Below, piece after piece: positions 1 through 8,952 of a stretch of DNA of 39,730 nt; the first letter of the stretch is position 1, and every line of letters begins with the position of its first letter. The position numbers and the translations under genes are program-made. Source of the DNA: an uncultured Chitinophagaceae bacterium. Lineage in GTDB: Bacteria > Bacteroidota > Bacteroidia > Chitinophagales > LD1. Location: NCBI GenBank assembly GCA_964552715.1, contig CAZKHZ010000003.1, positions 1 to 39,730 of the forward strand, in the 5' to 3' direction. The notes under the pieces are model-generated. The model was not told the origin of the DNA, ran no database searches, and saw nothing but the letters and a program-made list of their open reading frames with translations.

Positions 1-13
1 CAGTGGTTAAATG

Positions 14-33
14 ATCCCGATAGCTATCGGGAT
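14..33. repeat. perfect 20-bp palindrome ATCCCGATAGCTATCGGGAT
   Basis: Read directly; self-complementary over all 20 nt. It lies in frame 1 of an open + strand reading frame that enters from the left edge and stops at TAA 91-93, so it may be a gene tail or a downstream hairpin. Confidence 0.6.
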
Positions 34-173
34 TGTGCTTCGTATCAAGTTTTGTGCAAGAAAAAACTCAGAAAACCTTTCATCATTTTTTAACCAAAAA
101 TGGTCAACCTATTTCAGGAAAAACAGATCAACTTCGTAACCCGTGAGACTTCCTTTCAAAAACAAACACAACA

Positions 174-659
174 TTGATAACGAAACAATACAATTACCTC
201 TTTTACTTGACAGTAAGAATACTTAATTGGTGTTCTAATAACCTCATATTTAGACCTTTGATTTCAATATTTAAATTATTTTCAATATCTGAAGAAAGAA
301 TTCTAACGGTTAAAAAACTACATATTAGACCAATAGACTCTTCTGACAGTGGAAGTAATGTGAATTATGCATTCGGACTGATGATGTGGACGCTAACATG
401 TCTTATCTTAACAATTGAATTATTGATACTTAAGAGCTTGAAACACCTTGAATTAGAAAATTGGATTATTATTTTATTTACTGTTGCCGTATTCATTTCA
501 ATTCTGTTCAACAATTTGATATTATGGAAATCTGATAAGTACGAGACGTACTTCAGCAAATTTAAACAAGAACAACAAGCAAAAAACAGATGGATTTTGG
601 CACTAGCATACCATCTGACAATAATGATTATTTGCATTTTGACTGCAGTAAATACATAA
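174..659 (+). CDS. hypothetical small membrane protein; start codon uncertain (TTG at 174; internal ATGs around codon 70)
   Basis: Only long ORF in a visibly AT-richer stretch. Three hydrophobic helix-length segments (FGLMMWTLTCLILTIELLIL, WIIILFTVAVFISILFNNLIL, WILALAYHLTIMIICILTAV). No recognisable family. Confidence 0.35.
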   Translation: MITKQYNYLFYLTVRILNWCSNNLIFRPLISIFKLFSISEERILTVKKLHIRPIDSSDSGSNVNYAFGLMMWTLTCLILTIELLILKSLKHLELENWIIILFTVAVFISILFNNLILWKSDKYETYFSKFKQEQQAKNRWILALAYHLTIMIICILTAVNT

Positions 660-866
660 GAGAAAAAAACTAAGCTTAACACCCAGTGGATTTTACTGAA
701 AAGGTACCGACTGCAATAGGTACAGGTGCTAACAGCACCTACAAGAAATCCTTCGCCCCAATGTCTCCCCCACCCCAAAAAATCCTTCACAGCAACCGTC
801 TCGCTTTGCGGACGTTGCGTTGATAAGAATAGCCCGCTTTCGCTGTTAGCTCACAGAAAATAAAAA

Positions 867-3800
867 CTAAAAATCATACCCAAAAGTAAAATATGCAATC
901 GGGCGTTTTGTTACTTCTCCAGTATCGTATCCCCATGCTAAATCAAGTTTCATAAAGTAGCCTAACAACGAAGTGCGCAAGCCGCCACCAAAACCCATGA
1001 TGATAGGAGTTTTAAATCGTTTGATGCGCACTGTAGAAACTGAATTGGCATAAGTTTCGGTAAAGAGCGGGTTGTTGTCGCTGAAAGGTGAAACGCCCTC
1101 CCAGGCAGTGCCTGCATCCACAAAACCAACAATCGTAAAGTTGCGCAATATTTCGCTGCGCACACGCGCCCTGCGCGTGGCTGCAAAAAGCGGAATGCGC
1201 AATTCAGAGTTCAATACAACATAGCTGTTTCCATTGCGCGCATTTTGCAAAAAGCCGCGCAACGGGGTTGCCAATGTTTGAAATGCGTAGTTGTTGTTTG
1301 TGTTTATTGGTGTGCCTGTGTCAAACCTTTCACCCTTTAAATTAATGAACCAATTGTCCACTGCACCCAAATAATAAATCAGTTTTCTATTGCCTACAGA
1401 TGATGCCCAACTCAGGCGATTCGCCCAAATAATTTGACGAAATATTTTCAGGTAATGGCGTGCATCAATACCGAAAGTAGTGAACCACGCATTGTTCATT
1501 TGCGGCACAGAAAAATCATATTGCTCTCCGGCAGTTTTTGTAGCAAACGGAAATTCCTTATGTATTTCTACAAATGCTTTTACGCGAAAACCGTAGCGGA
1601 TATTTTCTTGCACCACCAAAGTATTATCAAAAACATATTCTCCTTTTAAGTATAGCCAACTGCTCGAAATATTTGGCGCAAAAAGGGAAGCACTGTCCAC
1701 TGCTTTAAAAACAGTTTTGTCGTGGCGATAGGCAACGCCAAAGCCCAATCGCTGCAACACATCCAAGGGATAACGAAAGTCGGCTTCCACAAAATTTGTT
1801 TTGATAGCCACATTGTTTTGCGTAATAGATTGACGATAGTACGTGAACTTTTTATCTAATCGTTTCTTAAGGTTTTCATAAGTTATAAAATACTCACTGT
1901 TGCCGCTGATGCCCGAAAAAGGCAAACGCAGCCCGCCATAAATTTTATGGTTTTCGAGCAAATCGGTGATGCCTAATTTGATGGCAAAACTGACAGGTGG
2001 CGTAAAGAAATTCGGATTGTTGGGATTAAAAGGTTGATAGCGCGTTAGAATCAGATTGTTGTCTAATTGCGTTACAATATCATCTAACGAAAACTTTACA
2101 AAATATGGGCGCACTTTAGTTTGCATAAACTGAAAGCCAGTTTCAACTTGCGCCAAGAAACTTGCACTATTACGAGAACTGTTTAGCGAATCCCAATCGA
2201 ATTGAATTACATCATAATCAAACTCACTTTGAAAGTCATAAGGGCGTGGATCGCGCACAGGGTTTTGAGCCTTTGAAGTGGAAGATTTACTTGTTTGCAC
2301 AGCACTAATGGAATCACTTTTTAAGGTAGAAGCCTTTGTATTAAAACGCTTGCTTTTGCCCCAGTTTGTAACAAATGCAGTTGGTGCTTCCGCATCCGAA
2401 AAGTCAATCGGCATTTTATAAAAAAGTGTTCGGTTGTTTTGTTTTACCAACTCAATTCCAAATCCCTTGGCGGGTTGCAATTGTTGCTCACGCACGTTGT
2501 AAAAGTAGTTGCTATGCTGTTGTGTTTCGCCCTTCAATTTGCGAATGGGCTTTCGTTCAAAGTTGGTAATGCTTACAACAGTTTCATCTAAAAAATCTAA
2601 CACATCATCGGTATCATTGATGGTGATTGAATCTTCTTCTCCGCTTTCTTTGTCCTTGTAGTAAAATGTTCTTTCCCAATGGTCAAAAACATTTTCTATG
2701 GTGCCGGTATGACGATTGTTGATGCCATTTGCATCGCTTAAAAAACTAAATGTGTTTTCAGAAAATTGTTGCGCATACGTTTCATTAGCATAACACGTAT
2801 TCGTTATTTGGTGAAGCTTTCCTGTTTCATTCAAGTTGATGAAAAATAAATCCAATTGTTTGTTGGTGAAACTTTGATTCAGAAAGCGCTCTTCCTTTTT
2901 TTCATCAGTGGGGCGGTTGCTCGAAAACATAATGCCGCGCATGCCATCCACTTCAATGTAGCATGGTTGAAAATCATCAAAATAGTCATTGGTGAGGCGG
3001 GTGACGGTGGTGGATGCAATACGGTAAAGAAAAATATCTGACTGCCCGTTTTGCACTGCGCTGATAGCTAAATTTTTATCGTCACCCATAAAATTGATGT
3101 GCAACACCTTTTGGAATTTATCCATGCGCTTCACTTGTATTTTCTTAGTGCCAAGGTCATATATGCCTAAATATATCACCGCCTTTTTTTCAAACACTAC
3201 AGCCAATTGTTTGCCGCTTGGTGTCCATGCCAAAAGCGGTTGTTTATCATCTGTAAAAATGGTGTTGGTGCGCCAGCCGCCCTTTACAACTGTTTTTTTC
3301 TTGTTCTTTTCGGTATCCAGTAATTTCACTTTGTATCTGCCCAAATCATTTTGCGCAAAAGCTAAAGTTTTACCATCGCTGCTCATGCGTGGTTGATAAT
3401 ACTCAAAACCATTTTTACTTTTTCGCTTAATGATATTTGTGCTGCTACGCTTTTGCGTAAGCTCGCTTTCGGCTTTAAATTTTTCTAAATAATAATTGAA
3501 CCAGTCGGTAAGTGTTTCATCCAAACCCTGCCCCACAACAAACAGAAAACCATTATCCACACTGCGGTTGATGCGCGCCAGATACATCAGGTTTCCTGCG
3601 GCTTGTTTGCCATATTTTTCTTCAACATAATGCCAGATGGAATGCCCTACAAACATAGCTTCTGAGGGATCAAGTTTATTCAACTTAGCATAGCGACCAC
3701 TCATGATGCCATCGCGCAAACGGTCGTCTGCATTACTATTCCAACCTCTTGCGTAATTCTGAATAAATCCATTGCGAAACCAATCGGGCATATTGAGTGC

Positions 3801-4418
3801 CACAGCATTTTGAACAAATTCTAACACCGAACTTCCTGTAAGCAACTTATCTAAATATAATTTACCTAAGCGTTCGCGCAGTTGAATGTCAAGGTCTTCG
3901 TGGCTGCCGTTGAAGTATAAAAATATCTTATTGTCGGGCAGGTTGGTGGTGCCGCCTTCGTTGTTGCCTGCTTCGTAAATGCCTATGTTGGTTTGATTCA
4001 ATTCATTGATAGAATTGTAAACAATGATGTCAATCTTTCTGCGGTATTTAAAATCAAGCACGCGTTGCAAATCCTCATTGATGCCTTCGGCTTGCTTAAT
4101 AACGTATTTACCAACATCCTGCCCACCTTGATAAAAGTAAACCGTGAAGTGATCTGTATCGTAATACGAAAAAATAAAGTCTTTGTATTGAACGCGGTTT
4201 TGTCCGAATTGAATGTTAGTTGCTTGACTATAAGTTGACGTGTGGAGAAAGGAAAAAAGGATAATTGATATTAGAGATAAGAGAGGTGAGATAGGAGAAG
4301 GAATGACCAATGACCAACGACCAATGTACAATGAACACAGCACATTCACTTCTGACTTCTGAATTGAGGCTTCTAACTTTTGATTTCTGGGTTCTTTCAA
4401 CAACATCACTTTCAACAA
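867..4418 (-). CDS. outer-membrane protein: N-terminal globular domain + TolB-like (PD40) beta-propeller repeats + C-terminal Omp85/BamA-type barrel
   Basis: Signal-like segment LLSLISIILFSFLHTSTYSQA. PD40-type repeats (YYQPRMSSDGKTLAFAQNDLGRYKVKLLD; LLAWTPSGKQLAVVFE; SDIFLYRI..TRLTND). Omp85 barrel signature near the C-terminus (LRGFLQNARNGNSYVVLNSELRIPLF ... VGFVDAGTAWEG ... GFGGGLRTSLLGYFMKLDLAWGYD) and terminal aromatic (FGYDF). True start may be GTG at 4343 or TTG at 4331 rather than 4418. Confidence 0.7.
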   Translation of the reverse strand: MLKVMLLKEPRNQKLEASIQKSEVNVLCSLYIGRWSLVIPSPISPLLSLISIILFSFLHTSTYSQATNIQFGQNRVQYKDFIFSYYDTDHFTVYFYQGGQDVGKYVIKQAEGINEDLQRVLDFKYRRKIDIIVYNSINELNQTNIGIYEAGNNEGGTTNLPDNKIFLYFNGSHEDLDIQLRERLGKLYLDKLLTGSSVLEFVQNAVALNMPDWFRNGFIQNYARGWNSNADDRLRDGIMSGRYAKLNKLDPSEAMFVGHSIWHYVEEKYGKQAAGNLMYLARINRSVDNGFLFVVGQGLDETLTDWFNYYLEKFKAESELTQKRSSTNIIKRKSKNGFEYYQPRMSSDGKTLAFAQNDLGRYKVKLLDTEKNKKKTVVKGGWRTNTIFTDDKQPLLAWTPSGKQLAVVFEKKAVIYLGIYDLGTKKIQVKRMDKFQKVLHINFMGDDKNLAISAVQNGQSDIFLYRIASTTVTRLTNDYFDDFQPCYIEVDGMRGIMFSSNRPTDEKKEERFLNQSFTNKQLDLFFINLNETGKLHQITNTCYANETYAQQFSENTFSFLSDANGINNRHTGTIENVFDHWERTFYYKDKESGEEDSITINDTDDVLDFLDETVVSITNFERKPIRKLKGETQQHSNYFYNVREQQLQPAKGFGIELVKQNNRTLFYKMPIDFSDAEAPTAFVTNWGKSKRFNTKASTLKSDSISAVQTSKSSTSKAQNPVRDPRPYDFQSEFDYDVIQFDWDSLNSSRNSASFLAQVETGFQFMQTKVRPYFVKFSLDDIVTQLDNNLILTRYQPFNPNNPNFFTPPVSFAIKLGITDLLENHKIYGGLRLPFSGISGNSEYFITYENLKKRLDKKFTYYRQSITQNNVAIKTNFVEADFRYPLDVLQRLGFGVAYRHDKTVFKAVDSASLFAPNISSSWLYLKGEYVFDNTLVVQENIRYGFRVKAFVEIHKEFPFATKTAGEQYDFSVPQMNNAWFTTFGIDARHYLKIFRQIIWANRLSWASSVGNRKLIYYLGAVDNWFINLKGERFDTGTPINTNNNYAFQTLATPLRGFLQNARNGNSYVVLNSELRIPLFAATRRARVRSEILRNFTIVGFVDAGTAWEGVSPFSDNNPLFTETYANSVSTVRIKRFKTPIIMGFGGGLRTSLLGYFMKLDLAWGYDTGEVTKRPIAYFTFGYDF

Positions 4419-4624
4419 CTTAATTTAAGCACGAACTAAAGTAGAGAAATATTTGAGATTGGTTGCGCTGCTGCATTTTACAACACTTAATTTTCTAAAA
4501 AGATTATGGCTTAAATTTTCGTAAACTCCAATGTTGGCAACTTCTACGTTCAAAATTCCTTTTTAAGTTCAAAAAGATTAATGTTTGCAGCACAATTTTG
4601 TAAAAAAAATCAAAACAAACAGAA

Positions 4625-4825
4625 ATGGCAGATCATTCAATTCGTGCTTACTGCATGAAAACAAAAGAAAAAAATGTAATAATGAACGATGCAGTTATTA
4701 CTAAAACAGCTAAAGGCGGTTTCATGGCTCAAGGCAATGACGGCAAAGGCAACAAGATGACTACAATGCTTAACAAAGAAAACGCTGAAAATGCTGTAAA
4801 AGCAGGCGTTGCTAAATTCGGATAA
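4625..4825 (+). CDS. small (66 aa) Lys/Gly/Asn-rich protein of unknown function
   Basis: Isolated ORF with an ATG start, followed 20 nt later by a strong intrinsic terminator. No overlapping longer ORF except its own antisense. Confidence 0.55.
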   Translation: MADHSIRAYCMKTKEKNVIMNDAVITKTAKGGFMAQGNDGKGNKMTTMLNKENAENAVKAGVAKFG

Positions 4826-4847
4826 GCTTTGCCACTTCACTTATAAA

Positions 4848-4876
4848 GCCCTGCTATATTATAGCGGGGCTTTTTT
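4848..4876 (+). terminator. rho-independent terminator of the 66-aa gene
   Basis: GCCCTGCTAT / ATAGCGGGGC 10-bp stem (one G-U), 3-nt loop, followed by TTTTTT (4871-4876). Confidence 0.8.
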
Positions 4877-5242
4877 ATGTGTGTAAATCTGCTTGTATAT
4901 AACATTCCCCTTCACACAATATCTTCATCCAAAAATCTAAGACAATTATTAATCTTTTTAAATTTTTGTGTTGTGCTTTGAAGGTAGAGAGCCATAAAAT
5001 CATCATTCGTGTTTTGAGGCAATACTTTTATACGCGCCTATCGCAGATACTTTGTTGAGCGCTCTAATGCACAGCCTCTTGTTTTCAAACCCTTGGCTTT
5101 TGAATTTATTGAAGTAATCATCTGCTTATCTACAGGAGTTGGCTAAATAGCCAATTGCAGGATACGTTTTCATAATGCTGCTCTTTCAATTCCCGAATCC
5201 TACATTACATGTCTCATTTTAGGCAATTCTGTGAAAATTCAT

Positions 5243-5272
5243 TTGCATATCACCGCTATTCGCCTACTTTTG
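5243..5272 (+). promoter_or_regulatory. candidate Bacteroidota sigma-A promoter of the atp operon
   Basis: TTG at 5243-5245 and TACTTTTG (matches TAnnTTTG) at 5265-5272 with a 19-nt spacer, ending 23 nt upstream of the atpB GTG start. Confidence 0.4.
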
Positions 5273-5295
5273 CGCGGCATTTTTAAAAAGATACA

Positions 5296-6315
5296 GTGAA
5301 GAACTTTCTACATATACTATTTATTACACTTTTTGCGCTGCCTCTCTTCGCTGAAGAAGTAGTGGCAACCGAAAAAGCGGAGGTTTACAATCCAACGCCT
5401 TCTATTTTGCATCACATAGCCGATGCCAATGAATTTGAAATAGTGCATGGTGTGGCAGTGCCGCTTCCTTGTATCATTTATAACCGCACTACGGGTAAAA
5501 CCGATTTTTTCATGAGCAATAATGAAGCAGCTATGGCTGGTGCTGGCTACCAAATGAGCCGCAGCAGAATTGCTCCCCTTAATGCCGAAGAGAAAATTTT
5601 GGATCTTTCTATCACCAAAAACGTGTTCAGCATGTTGTTGGCTTCGGTGTTGTTGTGTGTAGTTTTCTTTGGCATGAAAAGCGCTTACGTTACCCGCAAG
5701 AATCAAGCACCAAAAGGTCTTCAATCATTAATGGAGCCTATTGTGATTTTTGTGCGCGATGATTTGGCTGGGCAAACTTTGGGTAAAAACGCATCGTATT
5801 ATCTGCCGTACTTATTGACTGTTTTTTTCTTTATTCTTTTTAATAACCTGTTGGGCTTGATTCCAATTTTTCCGGGTAGCGCAAACGTGACAGGAAATAT
5901 TGCCGTGACAATGGTTTTGGCACTTATCACTGGTCTTATTATCAACTTCAAAGCCAACAAATATTACTGGAAACACCTTTTGTTGCCTGAGCCAATTTGG
6001 TTAGCTCCATTGCTTGTGCCGGTTGAGTTGTTGGGTGTTATCACCAAGCCGCTTACTTTGATGATTCGTTTGTTTGCCAACATGGCTGCGGGGCACATCA
6101 TAGTGTTGAGTTTGATTAGTTTGATATTTGTGTTTGGCAGTATGTGGGGAACTATCGGTTCTGCTGTAGGAGCATTTGTGGCAGTTCCTTTCACATTGTT
6201 TATCAACGTTATCGAACTATTAGTAGCTTTTGTTCAAGCGTTTATTTTCACCATGCTTAGTGCAGTGTTTATTTCAATGGCAATTGAAGAGCATCACACA
6301 GCCGAGCATCATTAA
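5296..6315 (+). CDS. atpB: F0F1 ATP synthase subunit a
   Basis: GTG start. Bacteroidota-style N-terminal extension with a signal-like segment. Conserved subunit-a core (LLGLIPIFPGSANVTGNIAVT ... LTLMIRLFANMAAGHII). Followed by atpE/F/H. Confidence 0.93.
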   Translation: MKNFLHILFITLFALPLFAEEVVATEKAEVYNPTPSILHHIADANEFEIVHGVAVPLPCIIYNRTTGKTDFFMSNNEAAMAGAGYQMSRSRIAPLNAEEKILDLSITKNVFSMLLASVLLCVVFFGMKSAYVTRKNQAPKGLQSLMEPIVIFVRDDLAGQTLGKNASYYLPYLLTVFFFILFNNLLGLIPIFPGSANVTGNIAVTMVLALITGLIINFKANKYYWKHLLLPEPIWLAPLLVPVELLGVITKPLTLMIRLFANMAAGHIIVLSLISLIFVFGSMWGTIGSAVGAFVAVPFTLFINVIELLVAFVQAFIFTMLSAVFISMAIEEHHTAEHH

Positions 6316-6339
6316 TTGTATTTTTTCATTTTTCAATAA

Positions 6340-6576
<237 letters not shown>

Positions 6577-6587
6577 TTCAACTTAAA

Positions 6588-6630
6588 CGCTGCCCTGCGA
6601 TGGGGTTGCCACGCAGGCAGTGTTTTTTTT
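6588..6630 (+). terminator. intrinsic-terminator-like hairpin between atpE and atpF
   Basis: CTGCC(C)TGCG (6590-6599) pairs with CGCAGGCAG (6612-6620): 9 bp with one bulge and a 12-nt loop, followed by a T8 run at 6623-6630. Confidence 0.6.
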
Positions 6631-6667
6631 AAATGAAAAGAATAGAAACAGCATAAATAAATTAGAA

Positions 6668-7195
6668 ATGTTCACATTATTATCTGAAGGAAACAGCGCA
6701 TTTAGTTTGATAACACCAGATCCGGGTTTGGCGATTTGGAGTCTTATCATTTTTGTAACACTATGGGTAATCTTAGGAAAGTACGCTTTCAAACCGATAA
6801 TAAATGCTTTGAAAGAGCGTGAGGAAAGCATTGATGCAGCGTTAAGAAGTGCTGAGACTGCAAAAGCTGAAATGGCTGGTTTGACTTCAAAAAACGAGGC
6901 TTTGCTGATTGAAGCTAAAGAAGAGCGCAACAGAATTATTGCAGAAGCAAAAATTGCTGGTGAAAAACTAAAAAATGAAATTGTTTCAAAAGCAGCAAGC
7001 GAAGCAGATGCTAAAATTCAACAAGCATTGCGCGAAATTGAAACGCAGAAAAAAGCAGCTATTGCCGAAGTGAAAAATCAAGTAGCATCTATTTCTTTAG
7101 ACATTGCTGAAAAAATACTGCGTAAGGAATTGAATGGAAGTTTGGAGCAACAAGCTTATGTAGGTGAATTATTGAAAGAGACTAGCCTTAATTAA
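6668..7195 (+). CDS. atpF: F0F1 ATP synthase subunit b
   Basis: Single N-terminal TM (LAIWSLIIFVTLWVILGKYAFKPI) then a long Ala/Glu/Lys-rich helix. I prefer ATG 6668 (MFTLLSEG) over the ORF-track start at 6620, which sits inside the terminator T-run. Confidence 0.9.
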   Translation: MFTLLSEGNSAFSLITPDPGLAIWSLIIFVTLWVILGKYAFKPIINALKEREESIDAALRSAETAKAEMAGLTSKNEALLIEAKEERNRIIAEAKIAGEKLKNEIVSKAASEADAKIQQALREIETQKKAAIAEVKNQVASISLDIAEKILRKELNGSLEQQAYVGELLKETSLN

Positions 7196-7283
7196 ATTTT
7201 ATAGACAAGAGACTTTAGATTTTAGATAAAAGACATACAGTAGTCTCGCATCTCAATTCTTTTTTCTCGCATCTCCACAAATT

Positions 7284-7844
7284 ATGAGTTCATTTAGAAA
7301 TGCTTCCAGATACGCCAAGTCGGTGTTGAGTTTGGCACAAGAGCGCAACGTTTTAGAAACTGTTTACACCGAAATGGTTAGCATAAGTGCGCTTACATCC
7401 TCAAGCAGAGATTTGCGTGCAATGCTAAAAAGTCCTGTTGTTACTTCCGACAAAAAATTGGCGGTGCTTTCAAAATTATTTGATGGCAAAGTGAGTGAAT
7501 TAACATACAAGTTTCTTGAGTTATTGGTTAAAAAAGATCGCGAAGCTTACATTCCTGAAATTTCAGCTTCATTTATAGAACAATACAAAACGCTTAATAA
7601 AATTACCACGGTTACCATCACATCGGCTGTTAAGTTAGATGAGGCAACAATCACCAAATTGTTGGATGGTTTAAAATCAAAAACCGATATCACTAAAGTA
7701 GATTTGAAACTTGAAGTGGATGCTACTTTAATTGGTGGTTATATTCTTCGATATGGCGACAACCAAATAGACACTAGTGTTTCGCGCAAGTTGCAACAGT
7801 TCCGCACTTCGGCTGTGGATGATAGCTACGTGAAGAAATTCTAA
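7284..7844 (+). CDS. atpH: F0F1 ATP synthase subunit delta (OSCP)
   Basis: 186 aa, N-terminal RYAKSVLSLAQE motif and C-terminal LIGGYILRYGDNQIDTSV typical of OSCP/delta. Position after atpF. Confidence 0.9.
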   Translation: MSSFRNASRYAKSVLSLAQERNVLETVYTEMVSISALTSSSRDLRAMLKSPVVTSDKKLAVLSKLFDGKVSELTYKFLELLVKKDREAYIPEISASFIEQYKTLNKITTVTITSAVKLDEATITKLLDGLKSKTDITKVDLKLEVDATLIGGYILRYGDNQIDTSVSRKLQQFRTSAVDDSYVKKF

Positions 7845-7894
7845 ACCAAATACTAGATTTTAGACCTTGGATAGGAGAAGAATACAAGGGTATT

Positions 7895-8665
7895 CTAACT
7901 TATCAATTCCACTTCAAAGCCGCTGTGCTTGCGAATGTTGATTACTGCTCCGCCTTCAAACAAAAAGTATTGCCCGCGAATGCCATTAAGCTTCAGCTTG
8001 ATGGCGGGATTTTTTTCAAAGCCAAAGCTGGTAACTTTGATAGGGTAATTCAGCACCGGATATTTTAATTCCAACACTTCATCGTTTGGCGAAATATATT
8101 GTTTGTATTCCTCGGGTAGCAATGCCGCCACTCTGTTTTTCTCTATCAGCAAATCAACATTTTGACTTGGAACGTTCATCAACATCTTACTCCAGTGTGT
8201 TTTGTCGCTCAGGTATTGTTTTAGAAAAACTTCTATAGCGCCTGCCAGTTGGCGATAAGGTGTTTCAGCCAGAATGATTGCTTTAGCTGCACCTTGGTCA
8301 ATCCATCTAGTAGGAACTTGTGTGTCGCGCGTCACACCCACTTTTACTTCGTTGGTAAGTGCCAAATACACAAAGTGTGGTTTGTTGTGGGTGCGTTCTT
8401 CCCATTCGGGGTCGCGCCCTTCGTGCAGGTGTCCGCGACACAGTTCAGGACGAAGAATACACGCTGCATTTTCGGGTGCGTTGGCAAAACATGGGTAACA
8501 CATTCCTTCACCAAAACTCTTTTTCGTTTTTCTGCCGCAAATGGTGCAGTATATATTCCCCGTCCAACGCAGTTGAATTTCTTTTCCAATCAACTCATTC
8601 ACTACCACATCTTCATTGGCAAACTTTAAATGATACTCCACAGGATTAACGTAGAGGGTTTTCAT
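7895..8665 (-). CDS. DUF2797-family protein (Cys-rich zinc-ribbon-like N-terminal region)
   Basis: CTICGRKTKKSFGEGMCYPCF motif followed by HFVYLALTNEVKVGVTR, as I remember for DUF2797. Start placed at MKTLYV (ATG 8665) rather than 8692. Confidence 0.7.
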   Translation of the reverse strand: MKTLYVNPVEYHLKFANEDVVVNELIGKEIQLRWTGNIYCTICGRKTKKSFGEGMCYPCFANAPENAACILRPELCRGHLHEGRDPEWEERTHNKPHFVYLALTNEVKVGVTRDTQVPTRWIDQGAAKAIILAETPYRQLAGAIEVFLKQYLSDKTHWSKMLMNVPSQNVDLLIEKNRVAALLPEEYKQYISPNDEVLELKYPVLNYPIKVTSFGFEKNPAIKLKLNGIRGQYFLFEGGAVINIRKHSGFEVELIS

Positions 8666-8952
8666 TTTATTTAAGATTCCGAGATGGCGCATGTGCTTTT
8701 GTTTTGGGGCAAAGGAATAAAAAACGGGTAGTTAATTTAGGCGTGTTGCATTTTGTATTGCATTGGCTCGTCATTCAAATTATTGGTGAAATTAATTTGT
8801 GGCGCGACATAAATACCCTCCCTTTTTCGTCAATAAGAAGATGTTCTAACCTGTGGCAAAACGTTAAACAAAAGTTTTAAAAAATAATGGGTTTGCCTTA
8901 GTTGAAGGAGAAATATGCCTTCAGCATTCCTTTACCTTCAATACACTTTCGG

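Noticed and set aside
1-75. Possible 5'-truncated tRNA (CAGTGGTTAA resembles a D-loop, followed by a stem-loop)
   Set aside because: The stem-loop is a 20-bp perfect palindrome. Its loop cannot be drawn as a 7-nt anticodon loop (4-, 8- or 10-nt loops only). No GTTCRAnYC T-arm follows.
365-790. 141-aa - strand ORF overlapping the 174-659 ORF and the hairpin-rich spacer
   Set aside because: The translation is low-complexity and odd (WGRHWGEGFLVGAV...). It runs through non-coding hairpins and is antisense to a more membrane-protein-like ORF.
7216-7864. Exact 11-mers recurring in spacers: TAGATTTTAGA (7216-7226 and 7854-7864), GATAGGAGAAG (4290-4300 and 7870-7880), TCTCGCATCTC (7244-7254 and 7265-7275)
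   Set aside because: In a 40-kb window, chance recurrences of exact 11-mers are expected on the order of 10^2 pairs [(4e4)^2/2 divided by 4^11]. These may be low-complexity spacer motifs, but they are not individually significant.
8249-8649. Cluster of four overlapping 74-126-aa ORFs on both strands inside the DUF2797 gene
   Set aside because: All are nested in or antisense to a gene with a coherent family signature. They are typical shadow ORFs of a GC-richer segment.
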